Shown: in pieces, positions 16,679 to 26,195 of the stretch
How the letters are laid out: the number at the start of each line of letters is the position of its first letter
Position numbering within the stretch: the stretch's first letter is position 1
IMG/VR virus record: IMGVR_UViG_3300025769_000214
Length of the DNA: 46,189 bases
Reading direction: 5' to 3' (one strand)
From: a virus
Notes under the pieces: generated by a model
What the model saw: only the letters and a program-made list of their open reading frames with translations
Told to the model about the DNA's origin: nothing
Database searches by the model: none
Translations under genes and position numbers: made by a program

Positions 16679-16933
16679 TTAAACGTCTTCCTTGGTAGCC
16701 TTTTCATATTCGTGCTTCTTCAGTCTCATTGTGTACCACCCGGCCACCAGAGCGAGAGTTGCGCCGATGAAGGCAATGACCGGAGTTATGTAGCCTAGCG
16801 CGTCTAAAAGTACGGATGATCCCGCTAACCCGCCAGTAAACGTTTCACCAAGGCGAGTCTTCAAGAGAAAGTTGTCCAAGGTGTCGTGAAGTTTAAGAGT
16901 TGTCATTTCTGTGAGTGAAGATTGCCTTCTCAC
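16679..16933 (-). CDS. Holin-like protein
   Basis: Two predicted TM segments (GGLAGSSVLLDALGYI, TPVIAFIGATLALVAGWYTM) and a charged C-terminal tail; adjacent to the endolysin. Confidence 0.55.
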   Translation of the reverse strand: MRRQSSLTEMTTLKLHDTLDNFLLKTRLGETFTGGLAGSSVLLDALGYITPVIAFIGATLALVAGWYTMRLKKHEYEKATKEDV

Positions 16934-16974
16934 CGTCTGTACGGAAAACGAGTTGTGAAGGTTCCATTAAATTA

Positions 16975-19900
16975 TTATGAAATTGCGGTGACGATCCCAT
17001 TTACTACCGTGATTGAAGAAACTGCCGCAGGCCCGAAATTCGCTCCGCCTGCGTTGATCGTGAAACCTGAGATCGTTTTGGATCCCGCTCCCCCGGCCGT
17101 GATATCGTTCACATCCAGAAGATCGTTCTGCTGAAGATCCAAATCGACTTCCATCGTGATCGACGTTGCATCAATCTCCATAAGTTCTGCGGAGTTGACA
17201 TGGAATTGGAATGAATCACCTGTCGCAATGTCGAAATGGAGTCCGTTCGAATCCAGAAGAATTGCGTCAAGTGAATTCGTGGTGAGTTTCCAATAGTCCG
17301 TATTCGGGACGGTCATCTGGATTCCGTTATCATCCAGATCGAACATCTTCACCGAGTTGTGGGTGATACTGAATTCGTCCAATGCCGCCTGAACGAACGC
17401 TATTCCGCTTTCGTCGATTGTCAGGAAGTCAGTACCCAACACGTCCACGATGAACGCATCCCCGGACAGAACTGAGACTTCGAACCCACCATCATCGACG
17501 GTCAGAACCGTACCCGCAGAATTCATTACGTCCCACGAATCCCCGGCAGACAGATCGAAGAGAACGCCAGTATTGTCAACCAGAACGTACTCAACGGAAT
17601 CGATGTTGTACGAAACCGTATCGGCCGCGCCACCATCAACATCAACGTTCCCTGAAACCGTCAGGGTATCGCTGATCGTCAGAAGCTCCGTGTCACCACC
17701 CAGATTATTAAAGACCCGGACGATTGATTCATTCGAAGACGTAGCTCCATCGGAATCATTGAGCAACTGGATTCTAAACCAGATCGGAGTGTCTTCCGCC
17801 AAGCCGGAGTAGACCAATTGATCATTGACAGGATTCGAATAGGAACCAACGTTCGTCCAAGGGCCGCTATTACTGGTCAAGCTCTGGTCAACAGATATAG
17901 CCGAAGAACCAAAATCGGTGTATGGTTTCACCCCTGACACAGTTACGTAAATGTCTCCCGCAGAGTCTACGGAGAAATCAGGGCCGTTCTGGAAGTCAGC
18001 TTCAATCACGCCTGTATTATCGCCAGTAGCCGTATCGTCAGCAATGACGAGTAATACGTCCACCGAATCGGTCGAGACCGTATCATCAACTGTTAGCCGG
18101 ATCGTGTACGAGCCGACTGTCATTCCTGTGTTCTCCAATATCGGATCCGTTCCGATAACGGTAGCCGCGCCGAGCGGATCAAGAACCCAAGAATAGGTGA
18201 ACGGCACACCGTCCGGGTGATACGAGCGCATCCCGGAGAGATAGATATCCGTTGAGCCAGAAGCCCCAACATCATTGTAGAGTAGATCACCATCGATGAT
18301 AGCGACCGGAGACGTTGTGATTGTTGGCGTGTATTCTCCAACGCGGCCTGCGACCGTTGTTTCTCTGGTGAGTGGATTCCAACTCCGCTTTGTAACGAAA
18401 ATCGTTCGCGTCAGCGATCCTTCATTGAGTGTAACGAACCCGCCCAAATCGGTTGCGGCAAGTTTCCCGTTCATCACGAATTCACATTGGCGAGACAGGG
18501 CGGCATAGAAACCGTAGAATCGTTCAGCGTAGCGGCCAAGATTGTCTGGACGATAAACGCCTTTCCCGTTGGAAGCAAATACCAGACCATCGGCCCAATC
18601 AACCACCCGGTTCACGTCCATCTTCAACAGATCACCAGACTCCGGAGCAGGCTTTGTCAGATAATCGCTGTCCGCATACCCATCATAGTAGAACCCTTGT
18701 GTGGTGTACTGCTTTCTACCTTTCGGAAGATTGTATTTGATGTGTGGCTTCACGATCACACCACGCGGAGTTAGGTCAGCCACGTTTTCGCCGTAGCTGA
18801 TAATGTCCGTTATTGCGGTTGCCGCTCCTAGCGTTGCGGTATTCACTTCCGTCCGATCAATCAACTCAATCGTCATTCGCGGAAGATCTGATCCATCCAA
18901 CGTTGGGGTAATCTTGAGAAACGACCGTTCGGTGTTCTGCATGAGCCGAAGGCTCTTGATCAGATTGTCGGGAAACTCAAGGAACCTTGGCCACGTCCTA
19001 GATGTGAAGCCAGTAGGATATGTGAAGGTATCTGCAACGTACTGGAATATCCCGGTGTCAGAAATACTGAACAACCCTTCGATCACTTCGTTCGCCACAT
19101 GTTGCTTGAACGCGGCGGCGGCTCCTGAAGGAGCATAACCGTAAATGTCTTTTCCAAGGATCCGAATCTTCGTACCCTTCTTGATGTTCGTTGGGATCAC
19201 AATCGAATCAATCGTGAGACCGTTCGAATCAGCATCGTCACGGTACGAATCTGCGACCGTCCAACGAAGAACGACCGTAGTTTCATCATCCTTCAGCGAC
19301 CAAGCCATAGGGTTGTCACCCGCCCTACCGTCAGCCGTTACCATATTCTTAGTACCGTTCGGGTACAGAATCATAGTTGCTGTATCGCCAGAAGTCGAAT
19401 ACGTGACTGCGAGATTGATGAACGAATTCTCCCGGACAGAAAGATCGTCCTGCGCCATGATATCATCACGCATCGCATCAAGCGCACCCCAAAGGTTCGC
19501 GTTGCTCACTTCAACCTTCAATACCTTGTAGTATGAGTTTTGGCGAGACTGATAGCTCTCCTTCTCAATTGCGCCACCCGCAACCGCATGAGCCGACAGA
19601 ATGACTGACTCCGGTTCGCCCAGGATTAACAGATTGACTTCAGACGCAGTTTTGGAGATCACGCCCATTATGGTCGCTCTCCATTCGCCGTAGGTCGTTT
19701 CGAGTACCGCTTCGTCTCCGGAGACAATGAGATCGGTTACACCGTCCTGCATGTCAGTTCCGTCATCGGCAATACGCGGAACGGTTACGGATGTAACGCC
19801 CGTCTCATCGGAAGACTTCGAATACTTCTTCGTTAGCTGAGTCTCATAGACTGTCCTTGCGGCGGCGTTCGTCTGCTCCAAAACGTAGGCCCACGATAGA

Positions 19901-20283
19901 ACGTCAAAACTTGTGTATTGGGTCTTCGGTTCCCAACGGCAAGACTGACGATCTATGGGGCCATGAAATAAAACTTCGCTATCATTTACGTCATAAATCT
20001 CGCATATGTAAGGTTCATTCAGCGCATCATCATATGCATTGAAGAATGTCTCAGCGAGACCATCGACTGTCAGACTGACGGAATCAATCTGGTACACACC
20101 CTTGTCAATCTCAATCGTTTCCGTAATGTCGGACATTGAGATCAGGTGGAAGTCGTTGCTTGCTCCCCCGGTCGTAAAAGCTACTTGTGCCGGGGAAGAT
20201 TTCTTTTGTAGGTCAGTTCCCCCACCATTTTCTTCAAGTTGGTAGAGCCGGATCCTGAGAGAAGGTTTAGTAAATGTTGACAT
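16975..20283 (-). CDS. Large tail tip / fibre protein with PKD-like and FN3-like modules
   Basis: 1102 aa directly downstream of the tape measure gene. PKD-like stretch HPDGVPFTYSWVLDP...YTIRLTVDD; repetitive C-terminal fibre-like segments. Confidence 0.7.
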   Translation of the reverse strand: MSTFTKPSLRIRLYQLEENGGGTDLQKKSSPAQVAFTTGGASNDFHLISMSDITETIEIDKGVYQIDSVSLTVDGLAETFFNAYDDALNEPYICEIYDVNDSEVLFHGPIDRQSCRWEPKTQYTSFDVLSWAYVLEQTNAAARTVYETQLTKKYSKSSDETGVTSVTVPRIADDGTDMQDGVTDLIVSGDEAVLETTYGEWRATIMGVISKTASEVNLLILGEPESVILSAHAVAGGAIEKESYQSRQNSYYKVLKVEVSNANLWGALDAMRDDIMAQDDLSVRENSFINLAVTYSTSGDTATMILYPNGTKNMVTADGRAGDNPMAWSLKDDETTVVLRWTVADSYRDDADSNGLTIDSIVIPTNIKKGTKIRILGKDIYGYAPSGAAAAFKQHVANEVIEGLFSISDTGIFQYVADTFTYPTGFTSRTWPRFLEFPDNLIKSLRLMQNTERSFLKITPTLDGSDLPRMTIELIDRTEVNTATLGAATAITDIISYGENVADLTPRGVIVKPHIKYNLPKGRKQYTTQGFYYDGYADSDYLTKPAPESGDLLKMDVNRVVDWADGLVFASNGKGVYRPDNLGRYAERFYGFYAALSRQCEFVMNGKLAATDLGGFVTLNEGSLTRTIFVTKRSWNPLTRETTVAGRVGEYTPTITTSPVAIIDGDLLYNDVGASGSTDIYLSGMRSYHPDGVPFTYSWVLDPLGAATVIGTDPILENTGMTVGSYTIRLTVDDTVSTDSVDVLLVIADDTATGDNTGVIEADFQNGPDFSVDSAGDIYVTVSGVKPYTDFGSSAISVDQSLTSNSGPWTNVGSYSNPVNDQLVYSGLAEDTPIWFRIQLLNDSDGATSSNESIVRVFNNLGGDTELLTISDTLTVSGNVDVDGGAADTVSYNIDSVEYVLVDNTGVLFDLSAGDSWDVMNSAGTVLTVDDGGFEVSVLSGDAFIVDVLGTDFLTIDESGIAFVQAALDEFSITHNSVKMFDLDDNGIQMTVPNTDYWKLTTNSLDAILLDSNGLHFDIATGDSFQFHVNSAELMEIDATSITMEVDLDLQQNDLLDVNDITAGGAGSKTISGFTINAGGANFGPAAVSSITVVNGIVTAIS

Positions 20284-22464
20284 TTATCCCGAAGTTTGAA
20301 CGCGGCGTTGATTAGTCTTCTCACCAGTACGAGCTACTTCCGCAATGGTTGCCTGATCGATCACCACCTTCTGATCCTGCATAGCTTCGATTAGAGCTGC
20401 GTTTTGTTTGGCTCCATCTGAAGCGGCCTGCGCCGTACTCGAAGAATTCAAGCGTTCCTGACCTGCGGCATAATCATTGGCCCGACCTGCGGCCACATTG
20501 CCGTTCAGGGCGGTGAACCTGCCACCGGAAATTGATGCACTTGAAGACGCTCCGTTCGGATTGTCGATCTGGCGGATCTTGGACATAAGAGACATGAGTA
20601 CCGCACCGGACGCGGCGAACGCGGCGGCTACGGACAACGGATTGGAACGAACCATTCCCCGGAATATCGAAATACTCGCGGCGATAGCTTCCGCAGTAGC
20701 GGCGGCTTTCATCAAGCCCCGGTGATTCTCCAAACCCTTCTCCCCTTCAGAAGCCATGAGCGAAGCCATGCTACCGAACATCTGCCCGGTCGATGAAGCG
20801 ATACTGGCCATGTGGCCCAAATCTTCTTCACGCGCCCGTTTCTTCATGCGTAAGATTTTCTCTTCAGCCGATACTGTGATCTCTACACGTCTCCCTTCGA
20901 ACCCGGTGATTTCATCTTCAAGGCGTTGGTGGTGAGTCTGAAGATCGGTCAATGCCTGACCCTGCTCCCGGCTCATCCGATCATCTAATTCTTTCTGAGC
21001 ATCCCGGCGGATAGCGATCTTCTCTTCGAGTCTCGCTTTCTCCCAGAACGCTTCCATGTTCACGCGCTCCTGCTGTTCATTTCGAGACAGATCTGCGGCG
21101 GCGGCTCCCATTGCTCCCGCACCGATAGCTGTTGCGGCCCGGTCTCCACCAGAAATCCCCTTGTTGAGATTCTGCATGAATTTCCGGGAACTTTGAAGCT
21201 GTCTTGAGAGTTCCGCTCTTGCGGCGGCATCCCGTTCCTTCTTCTTTTTTGCTCTGTAATCGTGGGCTTCCTGAATACGCCTATTCTCAGCAATAACGGC
21301 ATCCCGCGCCATTTGGTTTTTCTCTTGCTCAGTTTCGTACCAGTAGTCACGTTCTGCCTTGAGAATCTTCAGTTGCTCTTTGCGCCTGCGCTCCGCATCT
21401 GCATCTGCTTTCTTCTTCTTCCGTTCGGCATCCTTTTTGGCTTCTTCATCTTCGATACCAAACTTCAGATCACGCGCTTTCTCAGCTTCGTCAAGCATGA
21501 TCTTTTTGTTGACTTCATGTAGCTGATCGGCCAACTCTTCACGAAGGTCAACCCGCTTCTGAATTGTGTCTCGCTCTAATCTTGTCAACCGATCCGATTG
21601 TAGCCCTGACTGACGATTGATCCGATCTAATTGAAGTTTCTCAATATCTTCAACAGAGTCACCATAGAATTCAATGTAGCCTTCCAATGCCTTCTTGGAA
21701 TTCTGCAAGTCTTCCGGACTCATTCCGTCCACAAACTTCTCGAACGATTCGTCAGAGTTGAAGTCGCGCATGGCCTGATTCAGATCGCGCTGTTTCTCTG
21801 AGAGACCGTCTAGCATTTCCCCGAACCTTGTCCCGGCATCGACAATCGCATCCCATTTCTGGATGATCAATGTACCGATAGCGATAACGGCGGCAATGGC
21901 CATTGGGCCTGCCACCAGAGAACGAAGCGCACCCTTCAGGGTGTCAGCCGCAGAAGTTCCCTTGGCGAGTCCACGCGAGATATCTTCACCGAGCATCTGG
22001 ATATTGTTCGCCATACCAAGCATCCCGAAAGGGGAATCCTGAATCACGCGCAACATGTTCTGCGAAGCTAGAGAAGTACGCTGAGTGGCCGTAGCCGTTT
22101 GGCGCATCTGATCCTTGTAATGCCGGAGAGCATTCGTCGCACGATTGGTTTCCCCAACTTCAAGAATCTGGCCACGCTTACCCTGAGTCTTGGACAGGAT
22201 CTTCCCGATCCGTTCAGCTTCATCGGCAACCGCACCCATCGAAAGCTGAAGGTTCTTGAACGTCTCCGGATCATTTGATTCGGCCAGTTCCTTCTTCAGT
22301 CGTTCGACTTGTGCCAGTACCGCTTTGAATCCGCCCTTGGCTCCCTTGGGAATTGCATTCCCCAACTTGGCCATTTTCGGTTCGAGCTTCTTGATCTCCG
22401 CTTCAACTCCTGCGAATTGAATGCCGACTACTGCTTTTGCCTTTTCGGTTGTTGTCCGGGCCAT
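20284..22464 (-). CDS. Tail tape measure protein
   Basis: 726 aa with long charged coiled-coil stretches (KKKKADADAERRRKEQLK...) and hydrophobic glycine-rich segments; follows the chaperone pair. Confidence 0.85.
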   Translation of the reverse strand: MARTTTEKAKAVVGIQFAGVEAEIKKLEPKMAKLGNAIPKGAKGGFKAVLAQVERLKKELAESNDPETFKNLQLSMGAVADEAERIGKILSKTQGKRGQILEVGETNRATNALRHYKDQMRQTATATQRTSLASQNMLRVIQDSPFGMLGMANNIQMLGEDISRGLAKGTSAADTLKGALRSLVAGPMAIAAVIAIGTLIIQKWDAIVDAGTRFGEMLDGLSEKQRDLNQAMRDFNSDESFEKFVDGMSPEDLQNSKKALEGYIEFYGDSVEDIEKLQLDRINRQSGLQSDRLTRLERDTIQKRVDLREELADQLHEVNKKIMLDEAEKARDLKFGIEDEEAKKDAERKKKKADADAERRRKEQLKILKAERDYWYETEQEKNQMARDAVIAENRRIQEAHDYRAKKKKERDAAARAELSRQLQSSRKFMQNLNKGISGGDRAATAIGAGAMGAAAADLSRNEQQERVNMEAFWEKARLEEKIAIRRDAQKELDDRMSREQGQALTDLQTHHQRLEDEITGFEGRRVEITVSAEEKILRMKKRAREEDLGHMASIASSTGQMFGSMASLMASEGEKGLENHRGLMKAAATAEAIAASISIFRGMVRSNPLSVAAAFAASGAVLMSLMSKIRQIDNPNGASSSASISGGRFTALNGNVAAGRANDYAAGQERLNSSSTAQAASDGAKQNAALIEAMQDQKVVIDQATIAEVARTGEKTNQRRVQTSG

Positions 22465-22465
22465 G

Positions 22466-22792
22466 TTAATCTATTTCTGGATCCCACGAAGCTGAATGGA
22501 CTCTCATGCCATTCCACAACATTAGGATGTGTAAAGGAACGTCTTTAAGCATAGTCCAAGCCGCTTGAGCATCACCGTTAGATAAATGCCATGCGGTTCC
22601 GATCCAGTTAGACCCTAACTTCTCAATCTGTTCATCTATTTCCGAGCCTAGTATCTTGGCCCAATCTGGAAAATCGCCTTTTGGAGCAACTTGCTGTGCC
22701 GAACCCTGTTCTATACAGGCTGAAATCCGGTCAGCAAGAGATACGCTTGCTTTGAAGGCGGTACGAAAGATAGTACAGCATTTTCGGCTTCT
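22466..22792 (-). CDS. -1 frame extension of the tail assembly chaperone (gpGT-like frameshift product)
   Basis: The -1 frame is open with no usable ATG from 22792 to the stop at 22466-22468. It overlaps the last 27 codons of 22711..23016 and ends 1 nt before the tape measure ATG. Confidence 0.5.
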   Translation of the reverse strand, partial: RSRKCCTIFRTAFKASVSLADRISACIEQGSAQQVAPKGDFPDWAKILGSEIDEQIEKLGSNWIGTAWHLSNGDAQAAWTMLKDVPLHILMLWNGMRVHSASWDPEID

Positions 22793-23016
22793 CTAGCATT
22801 GAAGTCCTTTGCTGTAACGTCCCATTCGCCCCGATCTTCTATCACAAGCTGAAGCAGTTTGTCGTAGTATTCGAATTCCGTGATCTTCCCTTCGGTTAAT
22901 TCCTTGGAGATCATGGCCCCCGCATTATTCAAGCGTTCCAAGTTGAATGCCGAGTAAGGCTTCAAATTGTACGTTTTGCCCTGAACAACTACTGTTTCTG
23001 AAGCAAGTCCTAACAT
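22711..23016 (-). CDS. Tail assembly chaperone (gpG-like)
   Basis: 101-aa acidic ORF just upstream of the tape measure gene, with a downstream -1 frame extension. Confidence 0.6.
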   Translation of the reverse strand: MLGLASETVVVQGKTYNLKPYSAFNLERLNNAGAMISKELTEGKITEFEYYDKLLQLVIEDRGEWDVTAKDFNAREAENAVLSFVPPSKQAYLLLTGFQPV

Positions 23017-23072
23017 GTCCGTTTCCTGTTGGTGAAGGTAATCGCCTACAATACGCAGGAATCGCGGAAAAG

Positions 23073-25106
23073 TTATAGAGATGTGTCGAAGATCTGAATT
23101 CCGAGATCTCCGGCAAAGGATCCACCAAAATGGGTAGACATGTCCGAAAGTTCGGTTCTGGATCCGGGAGTGGTAACATCAACCTGCCAGATTTTGAACG
23201 TAGTATCTTCGAAGTAGTAAAGCTGTCCGTCATACATTGTCAACCCTTTCGGTACTCCCCCGGCGGGTGAATGCCAAGCTGTTGAGTGAGTGTCCGTGTC
23301 CAGATGATACTTTTCAATCGTTGAGTCGGTCTCATTCGTGAAATACAGAATGTTGGCCGTTGTGTCCTTGAACATGTACCCGTAGACTTTTCCGGCTGTC
23401 AGATCAGCGATCTTAGTATCACTTGCTCCGGCGGCTGTAATCGTTCTGAGCGAAGGAGTAGCGGCCAACGAATCGATGAAGTACAATAGTTGATCGGGGA
23501 TATGCCAGTAGAGTGTGTGTTCGGTTTCATAGGTTCCAGTAGCAAATATCTCGCTCCAAGATCCATCATTTTCCGTCAGGGCATCACACAACCAAATGGT
23601 ATCTCCGCTTGTCGAAGATCCGCCTGCAACGAAACAACGATTCCCCGCAACATCCACAGCGAGTCCGCGATTCCGTCCACCCGGAGAATTAAATGTACTA
23701 ATGTATTGACGTTCACCACCACTAAAGTCCATTCGTTTCATGCGACCAATACTGGTTCCGCCTTCCATGTAATAACAAACTTCGTTTTCCTGATCCATGT
23801 AGATACCATGACCAAGTGCCACGCTTCCAACTTGATTGTCAACGGTTGACCCGCCCGTAGCATCAAATGAGAATGGTGAACGATGGATATCGCCTGACGG
23901 GGGATTTCCGACTAATGCTCCCACCGGAGTTCCGTCTGCCGGGACTTGACTCATATTCCAAGTGTCCCGCATGTATGCATAAATCTCGCGTGAGCGGCCT
24001 TTGCTCAATAATCCATCCACAGCCTTAAACATACCGATTTGCAGATTTAGGGCGGCGGACGTGACCGGGAAAGGATCGCCCATACCATGATAACCATCTA
24101 CCCCACTCATAGTAGAGCTAGAATCTTCAGAATCGACATATACACCGTTCAAGTTCGTTGTCCAGTTTCCGGATGTTCCACCTACCCTGATAGAACGCCA
24201 TACGTTCCAAGTTCCGCCTGCCCCAACCCAATCGGGTACATTCGACGAACGCTCATTATTGTTGATCGTTGTGGAAAGACCGGGCGTACTTCCATCAACG
24301 ACATTCCAAGTAGACTGTCCTGTACCGAGATCCCAATACCAAACATTCCCACCATTTGTACCGTCCGGCATGAAGACACACCATATTTCGTATGTGTCCG
24401 TACTGAGATTTAATCCGGTGTAATCATCGGCGGTATCAGAATGAATCGATTGATTGGTTGCCGTGAATTTAATAACATCCCCCAAGTCACCATCCGTTAC
24501 GACAGTAGGTGCGCCTGCGGCATGAGCGGGAACCGTACCGAGATTGTAGCCCGATCCAAGTGAACCAGTATTCGGCCATTCGGTAAGCGTTCCCCCGGAG
24601 TCAGACATTGTGCTTGGCATATGCAGAAGAAGATCCGTCAGATCAGATAGCGGATTTGGATCAGCTTCACAACCAAGGAACCAAGGCATATCAGCGAGAA
24701 TGTCAGGTGATACCCAGCGTGTCTTCATGGGTCGGTTTCGGATGTGGCCTGAGAAGTTCGCTCCTAGTGGTACGGGAGATTCTGCCATGACAAACTCACC
24801 AGTTCGCGTCCCGGCGTTGTCTGGATCAAAGTCGATTGTCCAAGTCACGTCATTCGAAATATCGTCCAACAGGTCAGACCAACTTTCGTTGTCCGTACCG
24901 TTGTGGGAGAAATTCAAGTCCATTTCACATTCGATACGAAACCCTTGAATGCGCTGAACGTTCTTGCCGTAAAAGTATTCAAGATGAACTGCCCCTGACG
25001 CATGGTAGGGGATTGCCCGGAGCCTGAGATTCCAAACCGGAATCGTGTAGGTGGTCGTTCCATCGTAGAAGGTCACTTCCTTCAGATATCCATCTTCGTA
25101 AGCCAT
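23073..25106 (-). CDS. Tail protein: N-terminal domain paralogous to 25108..25575, then a LamG-like lectin domain and a YWTD-like beta-propeller
   Basis: N-terminal 150 aa align with the upstream gene. LamG-like ending LQIGMFKAVDGLLSKGRSREIYAYM; propeller-blade repeats LLYFIDS..., ILYFTNETDSTIEKYH, QLYYFEDTTFKIWQVD. Confidence 0.6.
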   Translation of the reverse strand: MAYEDGYLKEVTFYDGTTTYTIPVWNLRLRAIPYHASGAVHLEYFYGKNVQRIQGFRIECEMDLNFSHNGTDNESWSDLLDDISNDVTWTIDFDPDNAGTRTGEFVMAESPVPLGANFSGHIRNRPMKTRWVSPDILADMPWFLGCEADPNPLSDLTDLLLHMPSTMSDSGGTLTEWPNTGSLGSGYNLGTVPAHAAGAPTVVTDGDLGDVIKFTATNQSIHSDTADDYTGLNLSTDTYEIWCVFMPDGTNGGNVWYWDLGTGQSTWNVVDGSTPGLSTTINNNERSSNVPDWVGAGGTWNVWRSIRVGGTSGNWTTNLNGVYVDSEDSSSTMSGVDGYHGMGDPFPVTSAALNLQIGMFKAVDGLLSKGRSREIYAYMRDTWNMSQVPADGTPVGALVGNPPSGDIHRSPFSFDATGGSTVDNQVGSVALGHGIYMDQENEVCYYMEGGTSIGRMKRMDFSGGERQYISTFNSPGGRNRGLAVDVAGNRCFVAGGSSTSGDTIWLCDALTENDGSWSEIFATGTYETEHTLYWHIPDQLLYFIDSLAATPSLRTITAAGASDTKIADLTAGKVYGYMFKDTTANILYFTNETDSTIEKYHLDTDTHSTAWHSPAGGVPKGLTMYDGQLYYFEDTTFKIWQVDVTTPGSRTELSDMSTHFGGSFAGDLGIQIFDTSL

Positions 25107-25107
25107 A

Positions 25108-25575
25108 TTAGTCTCCTGCTATCCATGCGGGGATTGCCCCGGTTGCGTAAGGTGTCTGCGTGATCAACGTCAACTTCTGCTTCCGATATCGCACCTTCCC
25201 TTCAAACCCGGTCTGTATTCCGCCTTGCGGATCCTTCAGAACGAGTGTCAGCGTTCGTGTACCGTTATTGTCAACAGGGTCGAAGTCGAATAATCCTGTA
25301 CCACCCTGATACATGTTATTGATCATTTGGGTTGCGTTACAATGATCATCTGTATTGACCACAGAGAAATTCATCGAAAGATCAACAACCACATGCCACC
25401 CCCTGACCTTTTGACGAAATGAACCGTCAGCAAGTTCTTGTGCAGGGCCAACGCCACCAGACCAAGGAATAACCGTCAGGCTGAGATCCCAGATCGGGAT
25501 CGTGTAGTCTACTCCGTTGGTGGTGATTGCTATCGCCGGGAGATAGGCATTGTATTCGTAATTCGAGATAGCCAT
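25108..25575 (-). CDS. Tail structural protein (candidate tube or tube-like subunit); short paralogue of the N-terminus of 23073..25106
   Basis: YTIPIWDLSLTVIPW / YTIPVWNLRLRAIPY; VVVDLSMNFS / IECEMDLNFS; FDFDPVDNNGTRT / IDFDPDNAGTRT. Confidence 0.5.
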   Translation of the reverse strand: MAISNYEYNAYLPAIAITTNGVDYTIPIWDLSLTVIPWSGGVGPAQELADGSFRQKVRGWHVVVDLSMNFSVVNTDDHCNATQMINNMYQGGTGLFDFDPVDNNGTRTLTLVLKDPQGGIQTGFEGKVRYRKQKLTLITQTPYATGAIPAWIAGD

Positions 25576-25584
25576 AATTGTTCC

Positions 25585-25628
25585 CCAAAAAGAAAGGGGT
25601 CAGCCAGTATGTGAACCGACTGACCCCC
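25585..25628 (-). terminator. Rho-independent terminator after gene 25651..26127
   Basis: The - strand reads GGGGTCAG-loop-CTGACCCC followed by tttcttttt. Confidence 0.7.
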
Positions 25629-25650
25629 GCAAGTGTTCTTGCTAGAATTC

Positions 25651-26127
25651 TTAACCGTCGAACGTCAAGTCCTGAGTTGTACCCAGACCTGCGAAGTCGG
25701 CAACGTTACAACGTCCTTTCGCTGTCATCGTGAGACCAGATTCGGTATTATCGAATTTGATTTCTGCCCCGAAGGACGGGAAGACATTCTTGAACGTGTA
25801 GCCTGCGGCGGCTCCGGCTCCTGCGGCGTTAGTGAAGACTGAAGTAAACTTCAACCAGACACCGTTTGTCGCGACTGCGTTCAGGTCATCAAGTTCAACC
25901 AATTCGGTGTCGCTTGTCTGCGTAAGAACGGCAGTCAAAACAACATCGTAAGCAAGTTGAACAGTACGACCTGCGGTATCAGGCTCAGTTTCTACGGGAG
26001 TTGCTTCGAGCATGACGTTTTTGACGCGCCCCATATCGAAGTAAGTCGATCCGCTATCTTCAGAAACGAAAGCCCCACCACCACGCGCAACAACGTTTGC
26101 GACCGTCTTTGTGATTGCAATAGCCAT
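25651..26127 (-). CDS. Abundant virion protein (candidate major tail protein or head-proximal protein)
   Basis: 158-aa beta-rich ORF immediately after the capsid gene, followed by a strong intrinsic terminator. Confidence 0.45.
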   Translation of the reverse strand: MAIAITKTVANVVARGGGAFVSEDSGSTYFDMGRVKNVMLEATPVETEPDTAGRTVQLAYDVVLTAVLTQTSDTELVELDDLNAVATNGVWLKFTSVFTNAAGAGAAAGYTFKNVFPSFGAEIKFDNTESGLTMTAKGRCNVADFAGLGTTQDLTFDG

Positions 26128-26161
26128 TAGATAATTGTGGTTTTAGGTGAAGACCCTTGCC

Positions 26162-26177
26162 CCGGCCCGAAGGCCGG
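26162..26177 (-). other. Stable UUCG-tetraloop hairpin just downstream of the capsid gene stop
   Basis: The - strand reads CCGGCC-uucg-GGCCGG; no U-run follows. Confidence 0.5.
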
Positions 26178-26195
26178 AGCTTAGATCAATTTCGT

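Noticed and set aside
22309-22548. 79-aa + strand ORF across the tape measure start and chaperone extension
   Set aside because: It is antisense to the frameshift extension and the tape measure gene, and it is Cys-rich.
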